DNA from: Eledone cirrhosa
Taxonomy: Eukaryota
DNA length: 64,000 nucleotides
Direction of reading: 5' to 3'
NCBI GenBank assembly: GCA_964016885.1
Contig: OZ024743.1
Location: 343,170,001-343,234,000 of the forward strand
Below the pieces are notes generated by a model. That model did no database searches. It was not told the origin of the DNA and saw nothing but the letters and a program-made list of their open reading frames with translations. Positions 25,471 through 38,982 of the stretch are shown here, in pieces (positions within the stretch are counted from its first letter, which is position 1; each line of letters opens with the position of its first letter). A program made the position numbers and the translations under genes.

Positions 25471-25689
25471 TAATGGTTTCTTATATAGGCACAAGGCCAG
25501 CAATTTGGGGGGAGGGGAAAGTCGATTATATCGACCCCGGCTGCATGACTGGTGCTTTATTTTATCGACCCCGTAAGGATGAAAGGCAAAGTTAACCTCG
25601 GCGGGATTTGAACTCAGACTGTAAAGGCCGTAACTCTATGCTGCTAAGCATGGCGTCCGACCCTCTACCGATACTGCCAATCCACCGCC
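25471..25689 (-). mobile_element. tRNA-derived SINE family 1
   Basis: Reverse complement of the 22102 copy. Confidence 0.8.
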
Positions 25690-26120
25690 CAATTAATAAT
25701 AACGAGTGTATTTTTTAGTAGATGAAAAATTCTTTTTTGGCCACTACATTAAGCATGCTGGTCTGCATTTAACTAAAAACAGAGGTACACAAGATGCTTT
25801 ATATCTTTTTTCTTCTTTTTTTCGCCCTTAGATCCTGATGGAGTTGTATGGGCGCTGTTCTGACACACTGCTTATCTTGAAGCCCACCCCTTTCTAGGTC
25901 GAAACACAACCGATTTCTTCCAAAGAGAGAGAGAATTGGGATGGAGGGAAAAACAGAATTGGACTGGAATTTTATTTATCGACCTCAAAAAGATGAAAGA
26001 CAAAGTTGATCACGTCGAGATTTGAACTCAGAGCGTAGAAAGCTAGAACAAATACCGAAGTATTTTTATCCGAAGCCTAAATGACTTTGCTAATTTTCCG
26101 TCTTTATGTTTTTACAATGA

Positions 26121-26440
26121 AGCCGCGTGGTTTTGTGGTATGGGTATTCGGCTCACAATCCTAAGTTCGTTAGTTCGATTCCTGGTGGCACGTTGTGTCC
26201 TTGAGCAAGATACTTTATTTCACGTTGCTCCAGTCCACTCAGCTGGCAAAAATGAGTTGTCCAGTAATTCGAAGGGTCAGCCTTGTCATATTCTGTGTCA
26301 CGATGAATCTCCCTGAGAACCACGTTAAGGGTACGTGCGCCTGTGGAATGCTTAGCCACTTGCACGTTAATTTCATGAGCAGGCTGTTCCGTTGATGGGG
26401 TCAACTGGAATAACTCGTCGTTGTAACCGACAAAGTGCCT
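26121..26440 (+). mobile_element. tRNA-derived SINE family 2
   Basis: A box, B box gttcgattc, CORE-like gtgtccttgagcaagatacttt; tail shared with 58340-58680 and 33620-33945. Confidence 0.75.
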
Positions 26441-26726
26441 TCTAAGTTTTTACGTTAGACAATTTGATGACGAGGTGGAATAATAGAAATTGTGATTCTA
26501 AATTTATTCCTATATTTTCCGAGTTCAATTTCCGTTGAAAGGTCATTTTTGCTTTCCTCTTCCTATGGGGCTCTAAAGAAGTGCCTTGCCTTTCTTTTCT
26601 CTGGGTCCTTAATTCGTGATGGTGTCGCAATGGCACCGTCTTGACATACGGCGTCTCTAGGACATTTTAAACCTGACAGTGTTCATCCCTTCTCCAGTCT
26701 GGACACATCCGAGTCTGGACACTTCC

Positions 26727-26775
<49 letters not shown>

Positions 26776-27799
26776 GAAAGAGCGAGAGAGAGAGAGCGAC
26801 ACTGTGTGTATGCATGTGTGTGAGTATGCATGAGTGCGCGCGTGTGTGTGTGTGAAAATGATCGAGAAAACGAATCAATTCTAGAGCTGATACTTTTATC
26901 GAATTCGAAAAGATAACTTCAGCGGGATTTGAACACCGTAAATACCACAAAATATTCTATCCGATACGCTAACGAGTCCACCAATTCACCGCCTTACTAG
27001 TTAAATCGATTACAGATCATGTTGAAGCATCATTGCTTTGTAAAAAACGATGTCCAAAACCATTCTCCAGATCACAGTTGAAAGAAAGCGAAAAATATGC
27101 ACAAAAAAATCGGTGGGCGATTGGAAATTTGGGTAGATGATATAAGATTTTGAGTATTAAGAAGATATGTCAACATATGCAGCCCGAATCTTTTTTTAAA
27201 AAGAGATTTTCAAAGAACCTGTATTAAAAAAAAAACAGGAGGTTAAACTGGAATAACTGGACCACATTCCTAGATAAGATATAATCATCCCTGCAAACAA
27301 GGAATATATTGGTATTTTCTATAGTTTGGGGCAGGGTCATTAACCTTCAAATAGTTCTTCGGTGAAAATAAGAGTGGGGATATAAATCAGGTAAGGGAAG
27401 ACCAAGAACAACTTTGCCAGTAAAATTAAGAAATGACCTGAGGATAAACTTGCCAATGCCGCTAGCACTGAGAAATCTCATAAAATTGACGCAGGAAATT
27501 ACCTCTAAAAACTCTGACGACATTTTGTAGACAAAGAGGTGGGGACGACAATGTCAGGCAAAATATGAGAATCCCAAGATGTGAGCTGTCCACAATTTAA
27601 TGCGCATATCAACAGACAGCCACTTAAAGTTGTTGGCTTGTATTGATCGCTGATTGCAAACGGACTTCTAGTAACAACATAACTTGGTGAACGAAAATGT
27701 TGTTATCAATTGTTCCTTCTATTTTCTCTGTGTATTGTACGATTTTTAAACACCCCCAATGTCTCCATTTAAGAAAATTTGTCTTTAATACAGCATTGT

Positions 27800-28740
27800 T
27801 TATTTAACTTATAGGTTTATCGCTTCCCCTCAGAGCAGTCAATTACCTGCGTCTTATGTGCAACCAAACTTTAAGCCTTCGCGCTTAAAGGATCATTTAT
27901 ATTCTAAGAATGCTAACCTCAAAGAAAAACCATTGTCATATTTCTTACGACTTATAACCTCATTCTAAAAGTGGAAAACGTTGATCTCAGAATTTCAGAA
28001 ATCAAATATGCAGTAAGATATTGTATCGTAGAATATTATGTTACTGCTCACAAAGATCAGTAAGTCCCACACTATAGGAAAAACATTACTTCGGCTTGTT
28101 ATTGAAGGACTGTATTGCATAAAAAGTATGGCACAGAAGACAATTCCACTTAGTAATAAAACAATTTCTCGACGTATACATGTCCATCGACGTCAAACAT
28201 CAACTCATCCATAATCTACGGGGTTATGATATGTTCATACAAGTTGACGAATCAACAGTGGTAGGAAGTCAATGCTTGATGATGTTGTATGTTCGTTTGT
28301 TAATGAAAATATTCAACCTTGTTGGGAAATGCTGTTCACTGATCAATTGTTGCTAAACTCAAAAGGTACGTCTGTTTTAGACTTATTGAAGTATCCTGTT
28401 TTAACAATTCACTGTGTCACTCAACAGCAATATTTGGTGGCAAAAAATATCGACAACAGGCTTAGTGATGTACTGCAGTTAGTTATTAAAATTGCGAACA
28501 AGCTAAAATCGAATTCTTTGTCTGAAGGAATTTTCCGTCAACTCTGCCTTGGTAATGATAACTATATGAGGCTTTTTTACCATACTGATGCACAATGGCT
28601 GTCAAAAGGCAACTGCGTTGTCCACTATGTCGAATTGTTTGATACAATAATTTTTTTTTTTAAATACACTCCACAATCCATTTCTCTGATTGCTTCAAAA
28701 TGTGATATTTCTTTCCTTAGTGACATGTTCGTTAATACTA
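27800..28740 (+). pseudogene. hAT Buster/Charlie (ZBED8/SCAND3-like) transposase remnant
   Basis: KPSRLKDHL, SHTIG, IPLSNKTISRRI, QVDEST, IHCV and YHTDAQWLSKG, with stops and frameshifts. Confidence 0.8.
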
Positions 28741-30039
28741 ACCATAAAACTAAATTATATCCTTTATAATTAAATGTAATAAAATACAATTTTAAATGAT
28801 CAAGTGTGCTTTCGTTTGTTCCCTAATATGATACTAGCAGCAGCCGCTTCATAATTCAGCGTTATTTGAGGGAGAAGAATGTCTATTTTATCAACCCCCA
28901 ATACTTGACTGGTACTTTATCAACCTGGAAGGATGAAAGGCAAACTTGATCTCAGTCGCATTTGATCTCAGAAGGTAAAAAGCTGAAACAAATACAGCAA
29001 AGCATTTCGTCTGACGCTCCACTGATTCATAAAATATGTACCCAGTGGCGGTGCCCCAGCATGGCCTCAGCCGGATGGCTGAAACAGGTAAAAGAGTAAG
29101 AGTGGGATGAATTCAATCAACGATATACTTTTCCCCTGTAAAAATGATTTCTTGCACGAATATAAGAAATACTGTATTAGCCCTATTGGCGCTTTCACTG
29201 TTTGTTTACTGCTACTTTGGTTGTTTCCGTAAATATTTGGAAGAAACAGACGATAATTAAACATCTGTTGGGGTTTAGAGATAAGAAGCCCTGAAAATAC
29301 TAGCGAAAACTTTATCTCTATATTCTCGTGTAGTCGTATAATATTCATTGATTAAATTAGCTTTTACAGTATATCGTTGATGTCGTTGTTTTTATTGTTG
29401 CTGTTGTTGTTGTTGTTGGTGGTGAGGTGGAAGTGTTGGTGGTGGTGTGGGTGGTGATGGTGGTGTTGGTGGTGGTGACGATGTTGTTGTTGGGGAGGGG
29501 TACATATGTCTATACGTATGACTGTGGGAACGTTTCTATGTGTGTGTGTATGTGTGTGTGTGTGCGCGTGTGTTTGTGTGTGTGCTTGCGTGTGTGTATG
29601 TGTACGTGCGACCATATGATTGTGCATGTACGCCATTGTATGTCTATGTTGGTGTGCCATTTTTTCAATATGTGTGAGCATATGTATATGCCCACGTGAA
29701 TGTATATGTGATTAAATGTAATGTGTTTCAATGTGAGAGCGTGTTTATGTGTAGGTAAACGTGTGTATAACCATAGGTAACATGATGTATGTATATATGC
29801 GATGAAGTGGCAACTCGGAGTGTTTAGGTGTGTATATGAGTGTGTATGTGTCTTTAATTTGTGTATGCATACGTGTGTGCATATGATAGCTGACATGATT
29901 ATATTCGTGCGTTTAAATCTACGTGTTTGTATTTATTTATAATATTTATATGTATGTATCTTTATGTCTATATTTATATGTACTCACATGTATGCATATT
30001 ATATATATATGTGTGCGTGCACGTGTGTGTGTATGTGCG

Positions 30040-30064
30040 TGTTTCTGTGTATGTATGTATGTAA

Positions 30065-30160
<96 letters not shown>

Positions 30161-30217
30161 GTGTGTGCGTGTTTCTGTGTATGTATGTATGTAAATGTGT
30201 GTGTGTGTGCGTGTGTG
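30040..30217. repeat. (TG)n microsatellite
   Basis: Directly visible. Confidence 0.9.
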
Positions 30218-30610
30218 TAGAGCGTCGGACAACATGCTTAGTGGGGTAGACCTTTGGCCCTTTATGTTCTGAATTCAAATCTTGCCGAAGTTAACTTTGC
30301 CTTTCATCCTTACAGGGTCGATAAAATAAAGTACCAGTAATGCACTGGGGTCAATTTGGTCAACTTTTCCCTCCCTAAAAATTGCTGGCCTTGTACCTAT
30401 AGTAGAAATCATTATTATTATTATTGGATTGGCAGTATCGGTAGAGCGTCGGACGCCATGTTTTGCAGCATAGTTACGGCCCTTTATAATCTGAATTCAA
30501 ATCCCGTCGAGGTTAACTTTGCCTTTCATCCTTACGTGGTCGATAAAATAAAGTACCAGTAATGTACTGGAGTAATTGCTGGCCTTGTTCCAAAAGTAGA
30601 AACAATTATT
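30217..30610 (+). mobile_element. Two tandem SINE family 1 copies
   Basis: Same A/B boxes and body as 22102. Confidence 0.8.
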
Positions 30611-30926
30611 ATTATTCCAACATACGTTTAATTTTGTTTTTGATTTTCTTTCTCTTCCAGACCATTTTCGTATCTGTCTGGTTACTATATTGTTGCTGTT
30701 GCTGTTAGTCCACAAAGGTAACCCGCTATATTATTCAGCACACAAAGGTAAAGGAAGCTATCCACGGCTGGGTAAACGGTACAAAACGTCATTCCACGAT
30801 ATCCTACCATTCCAGTCAAACCAACAAGTTACACATTACAGTAATAATCTTGTCAGGAGAATTTACAAGATTTTAGGTAAAAACCATATCTATATCATAA
30901 TTCTTTTTTTCTTTCACCGTTTCTTT

Positions 30927-30989
<63 letters not shown>

Positions 30990-31397
30990 CTCTCTGCCGC
31001 TCTCTCTCTCTCTCTGTATATATGTGTATATATATATATATATATATGAATTTAGTCCAGAAACAGCCGTCGAAACGGCTTGAGCTCTGCCGTCGGTGTT
31101 AAACATTTTCCTATATATATATATATATATATATATATTTAGTTAGAGAAGCAAAACATTGCTTATTGTGATCCAATGTTTTTCTCTATATATTAAGAAT
31201 TATTTCAAGAGTAACTCACTATTTTGAAAATTTGGACTGTGAACAACAATTATAATTGAGTGGCTGCTATTTGCAGTATAGCAATATAAGGTTGCACTTA
31301 CCAATGAAACGGTCGTAAATACCTGGATTAAATCCTTCTCTTAATGCTTACCTGTGTTTTCTCTTTTATACTATATATATATATATATATATATTAG

Positions 31398-31570
31398 TGA
31401 AGGCGCGTGGCTGAGTGGTTAGAGAATTGGTAGAAGGAGCAACGTGAAATAAAGTGTCTTACTCAAGGACATAACGCATCGCCCGGTCCGGGAATCGAAC
31501 TCACAACCTCACGATTGCGAGTTAGATTCCCGGACCGAGCGATGCGTTATGTCCTTGAGCAAGACTCTAT
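31398..31570. mobile_element. Fold-back SINE family 2 fragment
   Basis: SINE head, then inverted arms 31456-31506 and 31515-31565. Confidence 0.7.
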
Positions 31571-31934
31571 TGTTTCCTCGGTCCGATTTGACTATATATA
31601 TATATATATATATATATAAAGAGAGACAGAGAGAGTATCATAATCTATAAAGCTCAGTGTGTGGTCATGCTCCTTCGTTATAGAAATCTACGATATAGAA
31701 TTTCTTCAATTGAAATTTACAATTCAGTATTCGAAATAGTTTCGATTGCGTCTTGACTCAGATAATTTTTTCAATTTCACCCACAATTACGCAAAAAATA
31801 GATAAAACTCAATGTTTTACGATTTTTCTCTCTCATTTAAACTGCTGAACTCTTTCTACTACCATTCAAAATCTATACAACTTCATACTTTCTGCTACTT
31901 TCTCTTTCCAAGCTTGATGGTGATACTGTCCGTT

Positions 31935-32350
31935 CACACCACTCCCTACTGTCTTAAATTTAGAAAACATATATCCTCTATGAGGTTACTAAACCTGCTA
32001 GAAACAGCAGCTAACTCTCCCCCATATCACACCCCACCCCACACCACTCCCTACTGTCTTAAATTTAGAAAACACATCCTCTATGAGGTTACTAAACCTG
32101 CTAGAAACAGCAGCTAACTCTCCCCCATATCACACCCCTCCCTACTGTCTTAAATTTAGAAAACATATCTTCTATGAGGTCACTAAACCTGCTAGAAACA
32201 GCAGCTAACTCTCCCCCATATCACACCACTCCCTACTGTCTTAAATTTAGAAAACACATATCCTCTATGAGGTCACTAAACCTGCTAGAAACAACAGCTA
32301 ACTCTCCCTCATATCACAACCCTCCCTACTGTCTTAAATTTAGAAAACAC
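31935..32350. repeat. About 91-bp minisatellite, roughly 4.4 copies
   Basis: Unit cacaccactccctactgtcttaaatttagaaaac..ctgctagaaacagcagctaactctcccccatat. Confidence 0.9.
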
Positions 32351-32589
32351 ACAGACAACCATGCAGAACAACTCCATCGCAGCTCTGTTGTTCGGCTGGC
32401 ATCGTCTACGCGCGTGTTGCGCAAGTACTGTGAAACAATAAATTTCAACACTTTTTTGCACAGAGATAATATCCATAGGCGAAACTACAATTGTCACTGC
32501 TGGCGCAGCTCATGCTTCCAGGTCTGCAATTCATTCACCCAGTGCCTGGCAGACAAAAAAGTGCTGCCATAAAATGGGTGGTGCAACCT

Positions 32590-32642
32590 AACTTTGGTAA
32601 CTTAATGACCCCGAGCAACGCCGGGCTTTAATGCTAGTATTT
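32590..32642 (-). mobile_element. Non-autonomous Helitron-type element 5' end
   Basis: Reverse complement tactagc..gcccggcgttgctcggg matches 41563. Confidence 0.55.
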
Positions 32643-32849
32643 ATATAAAAGGATAAGGATCCCCTTTGGTCACGAACGACCATGGTATTTGCATCTAGAT
32701 AGTTTAGATAGTTCCCCTCCGAGGCACAAGTCTGGGCAAGGTTGTTTGTGGAAGACCAACAGTGGTCCATGCGTACCGATCTACCCTCTCCACCCCACCA
32801 GTGTTGTCCAAGGAAAAGACAATAAAAAAATATACGCTGATAAGTGAAA

Positions 32850-33033
32850 TAATTGTTTCGATTTTTGGCACAAGGCCAACAATTACCCAGTACATTACTG
32901 GTACTTTATTTTATCGACCCCGTAAGGATGAAAGGCAAAGTTAACCTCGGCGGGATTTGAACTCAGATCATAAAGGGACGTAACTCTATGCTTCAAAGCT
33001 TGGTGTCCGACTCTCTACCGATACTGCCAATCC
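32850..33033 (-). mobile_element. SINE family 1
   Basis: Homology to other copies. Confidence 0.8.
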
Positions 33034-33248
33034 CCGAAGAGAAATAATAAAATTGTTTCAAGTCATTTTAAATTCAATTAGAACTACTTCCTTTATTACA
33101 TAAGGGTAGAGTTTTGGAAGTAAGCATTCGGGTCTTTTGGGGTGGTTGTGAAAAAAGGGTAGAAAATAATGTAAAATTATGAAATCTCATAACCAAGTTC
33201 TACATGCCTTTTTAAAGCGAATATTTTTTTATTATTTCACTGAAGTAG

Positions 33249-33468
33249 GACGGTGGATTGGCAGTATCGGTAGAGCGTCGGACAATATGCTTCGCGCATA
33301 GAGTTACGGCCCTTTACGTTCTGAGTTTAAATCCCGCCGAGGTTAACTTTGCCTTTCATTCTTAGGTGGTTGATAAAGTAAAGTACCAGTCACACACTGG
33401 CGTTGATTTAATCGACTTTCCCCTCCCCAAAAATTGCTGGCCTTGTGCCTAAATCAGAAACCATTATT
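33249..33468 (+). mobile_element. SINE family 1
   Basis: Homology to other copies. Confidence 0.8.
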
Positions 33469-34863
33469 TCACTGAAGTCAATTCTCTCCACAAGTTTGCT
33501 CCCAATAGAAAGGTCAGGTAGGTCATTCAGTCACTCATGTGTCATCATTCCCTCCAAGAAGCTCTTAGTGAGCTTCAGTTTGCAGTAAAGTCTTTCAGTA
33601 GATGTTGCAATGAGTGTTCCAATTGCTCTAACAATGGAACAGCCTGTTCGTGAAATCAACGTCTAAATGGCTAATCATTCCACAGACACGTGTATCATTG
33701 ACGTAATTCTCAGGGAGATTCAGTATGACATACTGGATAATGAGTCGGGCCATTTGAATTACAAGTACAGTCCATCCGACTGGTTTCCAAACAGTTTCCG
33801 TCTACCTAATTTCACTCACACGACATAGATCGACATAAACCTATAGTCAACGACCCTTTCCCAAGATATCACGCTGTGAGATTGAACCTGAGCTCTAATG
33901 GTTGCTAAGCAATCTTTCTAGCCATTCGACCATGCTGCGACCACAAGCAACAGATGTTGCTGTCTGATAATATGCAGAATATCAGTAGTCCTCTAACAAT
34001 TAACGTACAATATACTTGCTATGTTATTCTAATTATAATCATATTAATAAACAGGTCTCATACAATATACTTTATTCATATTAATCATATTAATATTAAT
34101 TATATTAATAAACCATTAAAAATTGTTAATGAATATTAATAAACCATTTACTTTTATAAGTAAATTATAAACCTGTTTACATCTATTTAAGTTTATTTAC
34201 ACCACTATCTTTATTACATAAGGTAAAGGTTGGAGGGAGTAATAGTAAATATCCAAGTGTTATATCCAAGGGTTACGTTGAGCAAAAAAAAACGACGCTA
34301 CTTCCCGGTGCATTACTGTGCATACACATGTATGTATGGAGCTGTGACTCCTGGTGAAGCCATAGATGTGCCATCATTACATAAAGCGTGGCTTGGACAT
34401 TTAAACCTAGTGGAGCTCATCCCTTCTCCATGTCTGAACGCAGTCGATTCATTGCAGAAAAGGACAAAGGGGGTAATAGAGAGAAAGTGAGAAAGAGATA
34501 TAGAGGAAGAATCGACTAATTCAGTATTAGACTGGTATTTTTTTTATTAATCTCGAAAGGATGGAAGGCACAGTTGACCTCCCTGGGGTATGAAGGTGTG
34601 CAAAAGCATATTAATACTTTATTTACAGATCTGGTAATCACAATAAACTGAGAATCTAATAATACCGAAACATGTTCAGTGTTCACATTCTGAGGCCCAA
34701 ATAAATTTTTCTCTTTACAACTTATTACACCTTTAACTAATTGAGATATGGGTTTAGTTTTTTTATAGAGTTATTCCCCTTGCCTAAATAGCCAGTAGCT
34801 CAATGGTTATCTCCCTTAAAGCGGGGGGGGTGTCGTCAGTTTTAGTGTCAACGTATATTTTAT

Positions 34864-34895
<32 letters not shown>

Positions 34896-34930
34896 CATAC
34901 ATACATACATACATACATACATACATACAT

Positions 34931-35040
34931 ACATTCCAAAAATTCTGCATCTAATAACTGCATGTATACATGTATCTATGTTAGAAACCGACTCTCTCTC
35001 TTTATTTGTAAACATTTATAAAATTATAAAACCAGAAGAA
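34931..35040 (+). mobile_element. R4 family A 3' stub within (CATA)n
   Basis: Ends accagaagaa|catacg. Confidence 0.8.
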
Positions 35041-35080
35041 CATACGTACATACATACATACGTACGTACGTACGTACATA

Positions 35081-35386
35081 CTACGAACCACCGGTGAGGA
35101 ATTTGCAGATCCAGTAGCCAAGATGCACCACCAGCTTTATACCTAACATTATTGGAGCTACAGAATATATACCAACCCGCCTGAACTTGGAGTTGTGGAG
35201 AAAGAATATAACTCCTTCATTCCGAGGTTACAAATGGTCGCGATATCTGGAACCTTCAAAACACTCTTACAATTTAAAGGATGAATTATTGCACAAAAGA
35301 CGACGGAAATTTTCTTTTCTTTACAACCTTGTCACGGGGAAGGTGGCAGGTCAAAAATAAACTCGAAATTAAGAGAAAGAGAAGAA
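35081..35386 (+). mobile_element. R4 family B-like 3' end within (CATA)n
   Basis: Homologous to 45240-45549; ends gagaagaa|catac. Confidence 0.75.
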
Positions 35387-35477
35387 CATACGTACATACA
35401 TACATACATACATACATACATACATACATACATACATACATACATACATACATACATACATACATACATACATACAT

Positions 35478-38078
35478 CCAGAAAGACATAGATTCCTTTT
35501 GGAGAAAAGTATGGGGTGAAAAGAAGAATTTCAACCAAGATGCAGTGTGGCTAAGAGAAATCCAAAAGAACTATTGCTCCTACACTACAACAAAAACATA
35601 CGAAATAAGTGAGGGTACCCTTGAGACTGTGATAGGAAACTCCAAGATAAGAAAACACCAGGAAGAGACATGATTGTCGGCTACTGGTACAAAAAACTAA
35701 TATTCTATCGGAGGTATCTTACTGACCTCTACCAACAAGTTCTTAAGGAGGATACACTTATACCAGGATGGTTGACATTAGCACAAACGTTACTGGTCCC
35801 CAAGAACAAAGACACCCACTTGGCAAAAAACTACCGACCCATTGCATGCCAGAACCTGATGTATAAGATGTATACAGCCTGCCTGAACCTATTCCTCCAA
35901 GATTACTGTGAAAATAATAACATCATCCCAGATGAACAAGCAGCTGGAAAGAAAGGGGTTTGGGGATGTGCTGAACAACTCCTAATCAACAAAACTGCGA
36001 TGTCGGAGGTGCGACAACTTAGGAGGAATATGACTACAGTCTGGCTGGACTACAGGAAAGCTTTCGATTCTGTTCCCCACTCTTGGATGATAGAGGCCCT
36101 CCAACTTGCTAAAGTCCCAGACATTATTGTCAGAGCCATAGAGAGGCTGTCTTCTTCTTGGGCTACTATCCTAAGGTTAAAGACAGAGAGGGAGGACTCT
36201 ATTTTCACTGATAAAATAAAATATTGCAGGGGTATATTTCAGGGGGACAGTCTCTCTCTGGGATATTGTTCATCTTGTCATTAAACCCCTTGTCCTTTCT
36301 GCTCAAGAAATGTGAGGGATACATCATTGGCTCACAGGAGGACAGAAATACGAAACTAACCCATAATTTCTTTGTGGACGATCTGAAACTCTATACCAAA
36401 ACATGGATGGGATGAAGAAAAATCTTGACCTGGTTACAACATTCTCAAAGGATATAGGAATGGAGTTTGGCCAAGATAAATGCTCATACATGACTGTAGA
36501 GCGGGGAAAAACAACAACCCAATCTAGCAACATTGTCATCAATGGTCTAACTGTTTCACCGATATCTGATGAGGACTGCTACAGATACCTGGGGATAGAT
36601 GAGAACATATCCTATAATGGTATCTGTAATAAAGAACGCGTAACCAGAGAATACTACACCCGATTAAGAAAGATCTGGTCATCGGAACTCTCTGCGCAAA
36701 ACAAAACAGTGGCTCACAATGTGTTTGCTGTGTCTGTCCTAACACCAACGTTTGGAATACTCAATTGGACGATAGACGAAATCCGAGCAGTTGATGTTGG
36801 AACTCGAAAAATACTGAACAACACCGGAAACTTCCACATCAACAGTGACATAGACCGCCTTTACTTGAAAGATATGATGTCGCATCATATCTCTCCGACA
36901 ACATCTACGAACCTCGAAGCGTAGGAGTCCGTTTCTCGAGCAAGTCTATCTGCATGAAACAGATAAGATCGTGAGAGTTGGGAAGGAACTCCTTGAGAGA
37001 TATTCCCTGTGTGATAATCAATAACTCACACCCAGGGATGTCGCTCAGCAGTATCGCAGTGAATCCATGGATGAAAAACTGCATGTTTATAAGCAAAAAA
37101 ATCATGCATGGATATGTTGCCAGGAAGCTCCAGAGTGAGAGTAATATAGATAAGGAAAGTAGTCTATCTTGGACCAACAACCGCTATATTGGCTCCCACT
37201 TTGAAGGATACGCTTTTGCAATCCAGGAACAGGAGATTAGCACGAAATACCTGATTCACAAAAGAGATAGGGATGCAGGCAAAACACCTAGATGTGATAA
37301 CAAGTGCAGACTCTGCAGAACTAACATCGAGGATATCACCCATGTCATCAGCAGCTGCCCAAAGATGTCATCGCGGTACTATCTACCTATGAGGGATGAT
37401 GTAGTGGCCAAAACACTGTACAATGCAGTTCGTAAAAAAGATAGCCCGATAATAAACACATTAAAAGCTACAGCAATGTGGAAGACATCCATGTACATCA
37501 TATGAAAGAGTACTGGTGGAATGTTCCAGTAAAAACCCCAACAAAATGCAGGCATAACAGACCAGATATTATGACAGGGAGAAGAAAACATACACAGTAG
37601 TGGAAATTAGCTGCCCAGCAGATGTCAATATAATATCAAAGATTAGCGAAAAGGAGAATATTTATGCAGAACTGATGAGAAATATGCAGATACTCCACCC
37701 TGATTGCACCTTCAGATTTATGCCTGTGATTATTGGGGCACTGGGATATGTTAGTAACTGCCTCAATACAAATCTTGAGAAGCTAGGCTTCACAGGAACA
37801 GAAAGAACACAACTAGTTAGGAAGTTACATGTACTATCCATTAATGGAACAGTAAAAATATGTAAACAAATTTGCATCTAATAACTGCATATACACATGT
37901 ACAGATACAAAGCATATACACATGCACACATACAACTCAAAACATACACATCCACACATACAATAACATCCATATCTACACATGCATGCATACATACATA
38001 TCTATCTAGTTGATGTTGTGTAAATTCCAATGAGAGAGTCTATTGGTAAAACTTTGTGAAATTATAAAACCAGAAGAA
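35478..38078 (+). mobile_element. R4/Dong-clade retrotransposon family A, longest copy (RT + CCHC + endonuclease, frameshifted)
   Basis: NYRPIAC, EQAAGKKG, WLDYRKAFDSVPH, GIFQGDSLS, FFVDDLKLY, YRYLG, CRLC..H..SC, HNRPDI, EISCP; (CATA)n at both junctions. Confidence 0.95.
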
Positions 38079-38089
38079 CATACATACAT

Positions 38090-38628
38090 GATGGCTGCCC
38101 CCTCGTTATCGAGTATGGCCATTGCACGATATATCATCATTAATAATTATTAATTAATTCTATCATGCAATGCCTGTGCGTGAAGATATTTTTTTAAGTG
38201 CACTGAGCACTGTGCACTGAGCCAATCCCACTCTCTGACCGACAGTAGCTATAACCCGAAAAGAAGAAAAGATCAACATTATCGGTAACTACTGAGCCGC
38301 AGCTTTTATATCGGAGTTATCCCAGTTTCCTGAGTTGCCTTCCCCTAGAAAACTGCCCTGACAAAGGTTAGGGGTCCTTCACTCCCAGTGGTTTAACCAC
38401 GCGGTACATGTGTATATACATATTTACACACTTTCGGATGGCCGTTGCATCTTATGAGTTCTTCCGCCCTTTGTCAGGTTTTGTTTTTTGTCCTGCAGGG
38501 TGTCCAAAATCACCCTCCTCACCAAGTAAACTTGGTGGGGTTGCCGGTTTAGTCGCCGACGACCCGACCATGCGACAGGTTTTCTGGGCTACATGTTACC
38601 AGTAGTACTCCAGAGTGACCCGACATAA
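38090..38628 (-). mobile_element. RTE-derived element type Y
   Basis: Matches the 20577 copy; tail-to-tail with the R4 copy. Confidence 0.8.
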
Positions 38629-38642
38629 CGTACATACATACA

Positions 38643-38982
38643 TATGGGACAGGGAAAAGAAGGTATGCACAGTAGTGGAAGTTAGCTACCAAGCAGATAC
38701 CAATATAATATCAAAGATTAGCGAAAAGGAGAATATTTATGCAGAACTGGTGAGTAATTTGACGATACTCCACCCTGATTATGCATGCAGATTTATGCCT
38801 GTGATTATTGGGGCACTGGGATATGTTAGTAATTGCCTCAGTACAAATCTTGAGAAGCTGGGCTTTACAGAAACAGAAAGAACACGACTAATTAGGAAAT
38901 TACAAGAACAATAAAAATATATAAAACATTCCAAAAATGTTGCATTTAATAACTGCATGTGCACATGTGTAGATGCAAAACA
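38643..38982 (+). mobile_element. R4 family A endonuclease fragment
   Basis: IWDREKKVCTVVEVSY..EKENIY; begins in (CATA)n. Confidence 0.85.

Noticed and set aside
28272-28769. Domesticated ZBED/SCAND gene
   Set aside because: Many stops, frameshifts and deletions; a decayed transposase.
32174-32572. 132-aa repetitive ORF
   Set aside because: Translation of the 91-bp minisatellite; the unit is not a multiple of three.
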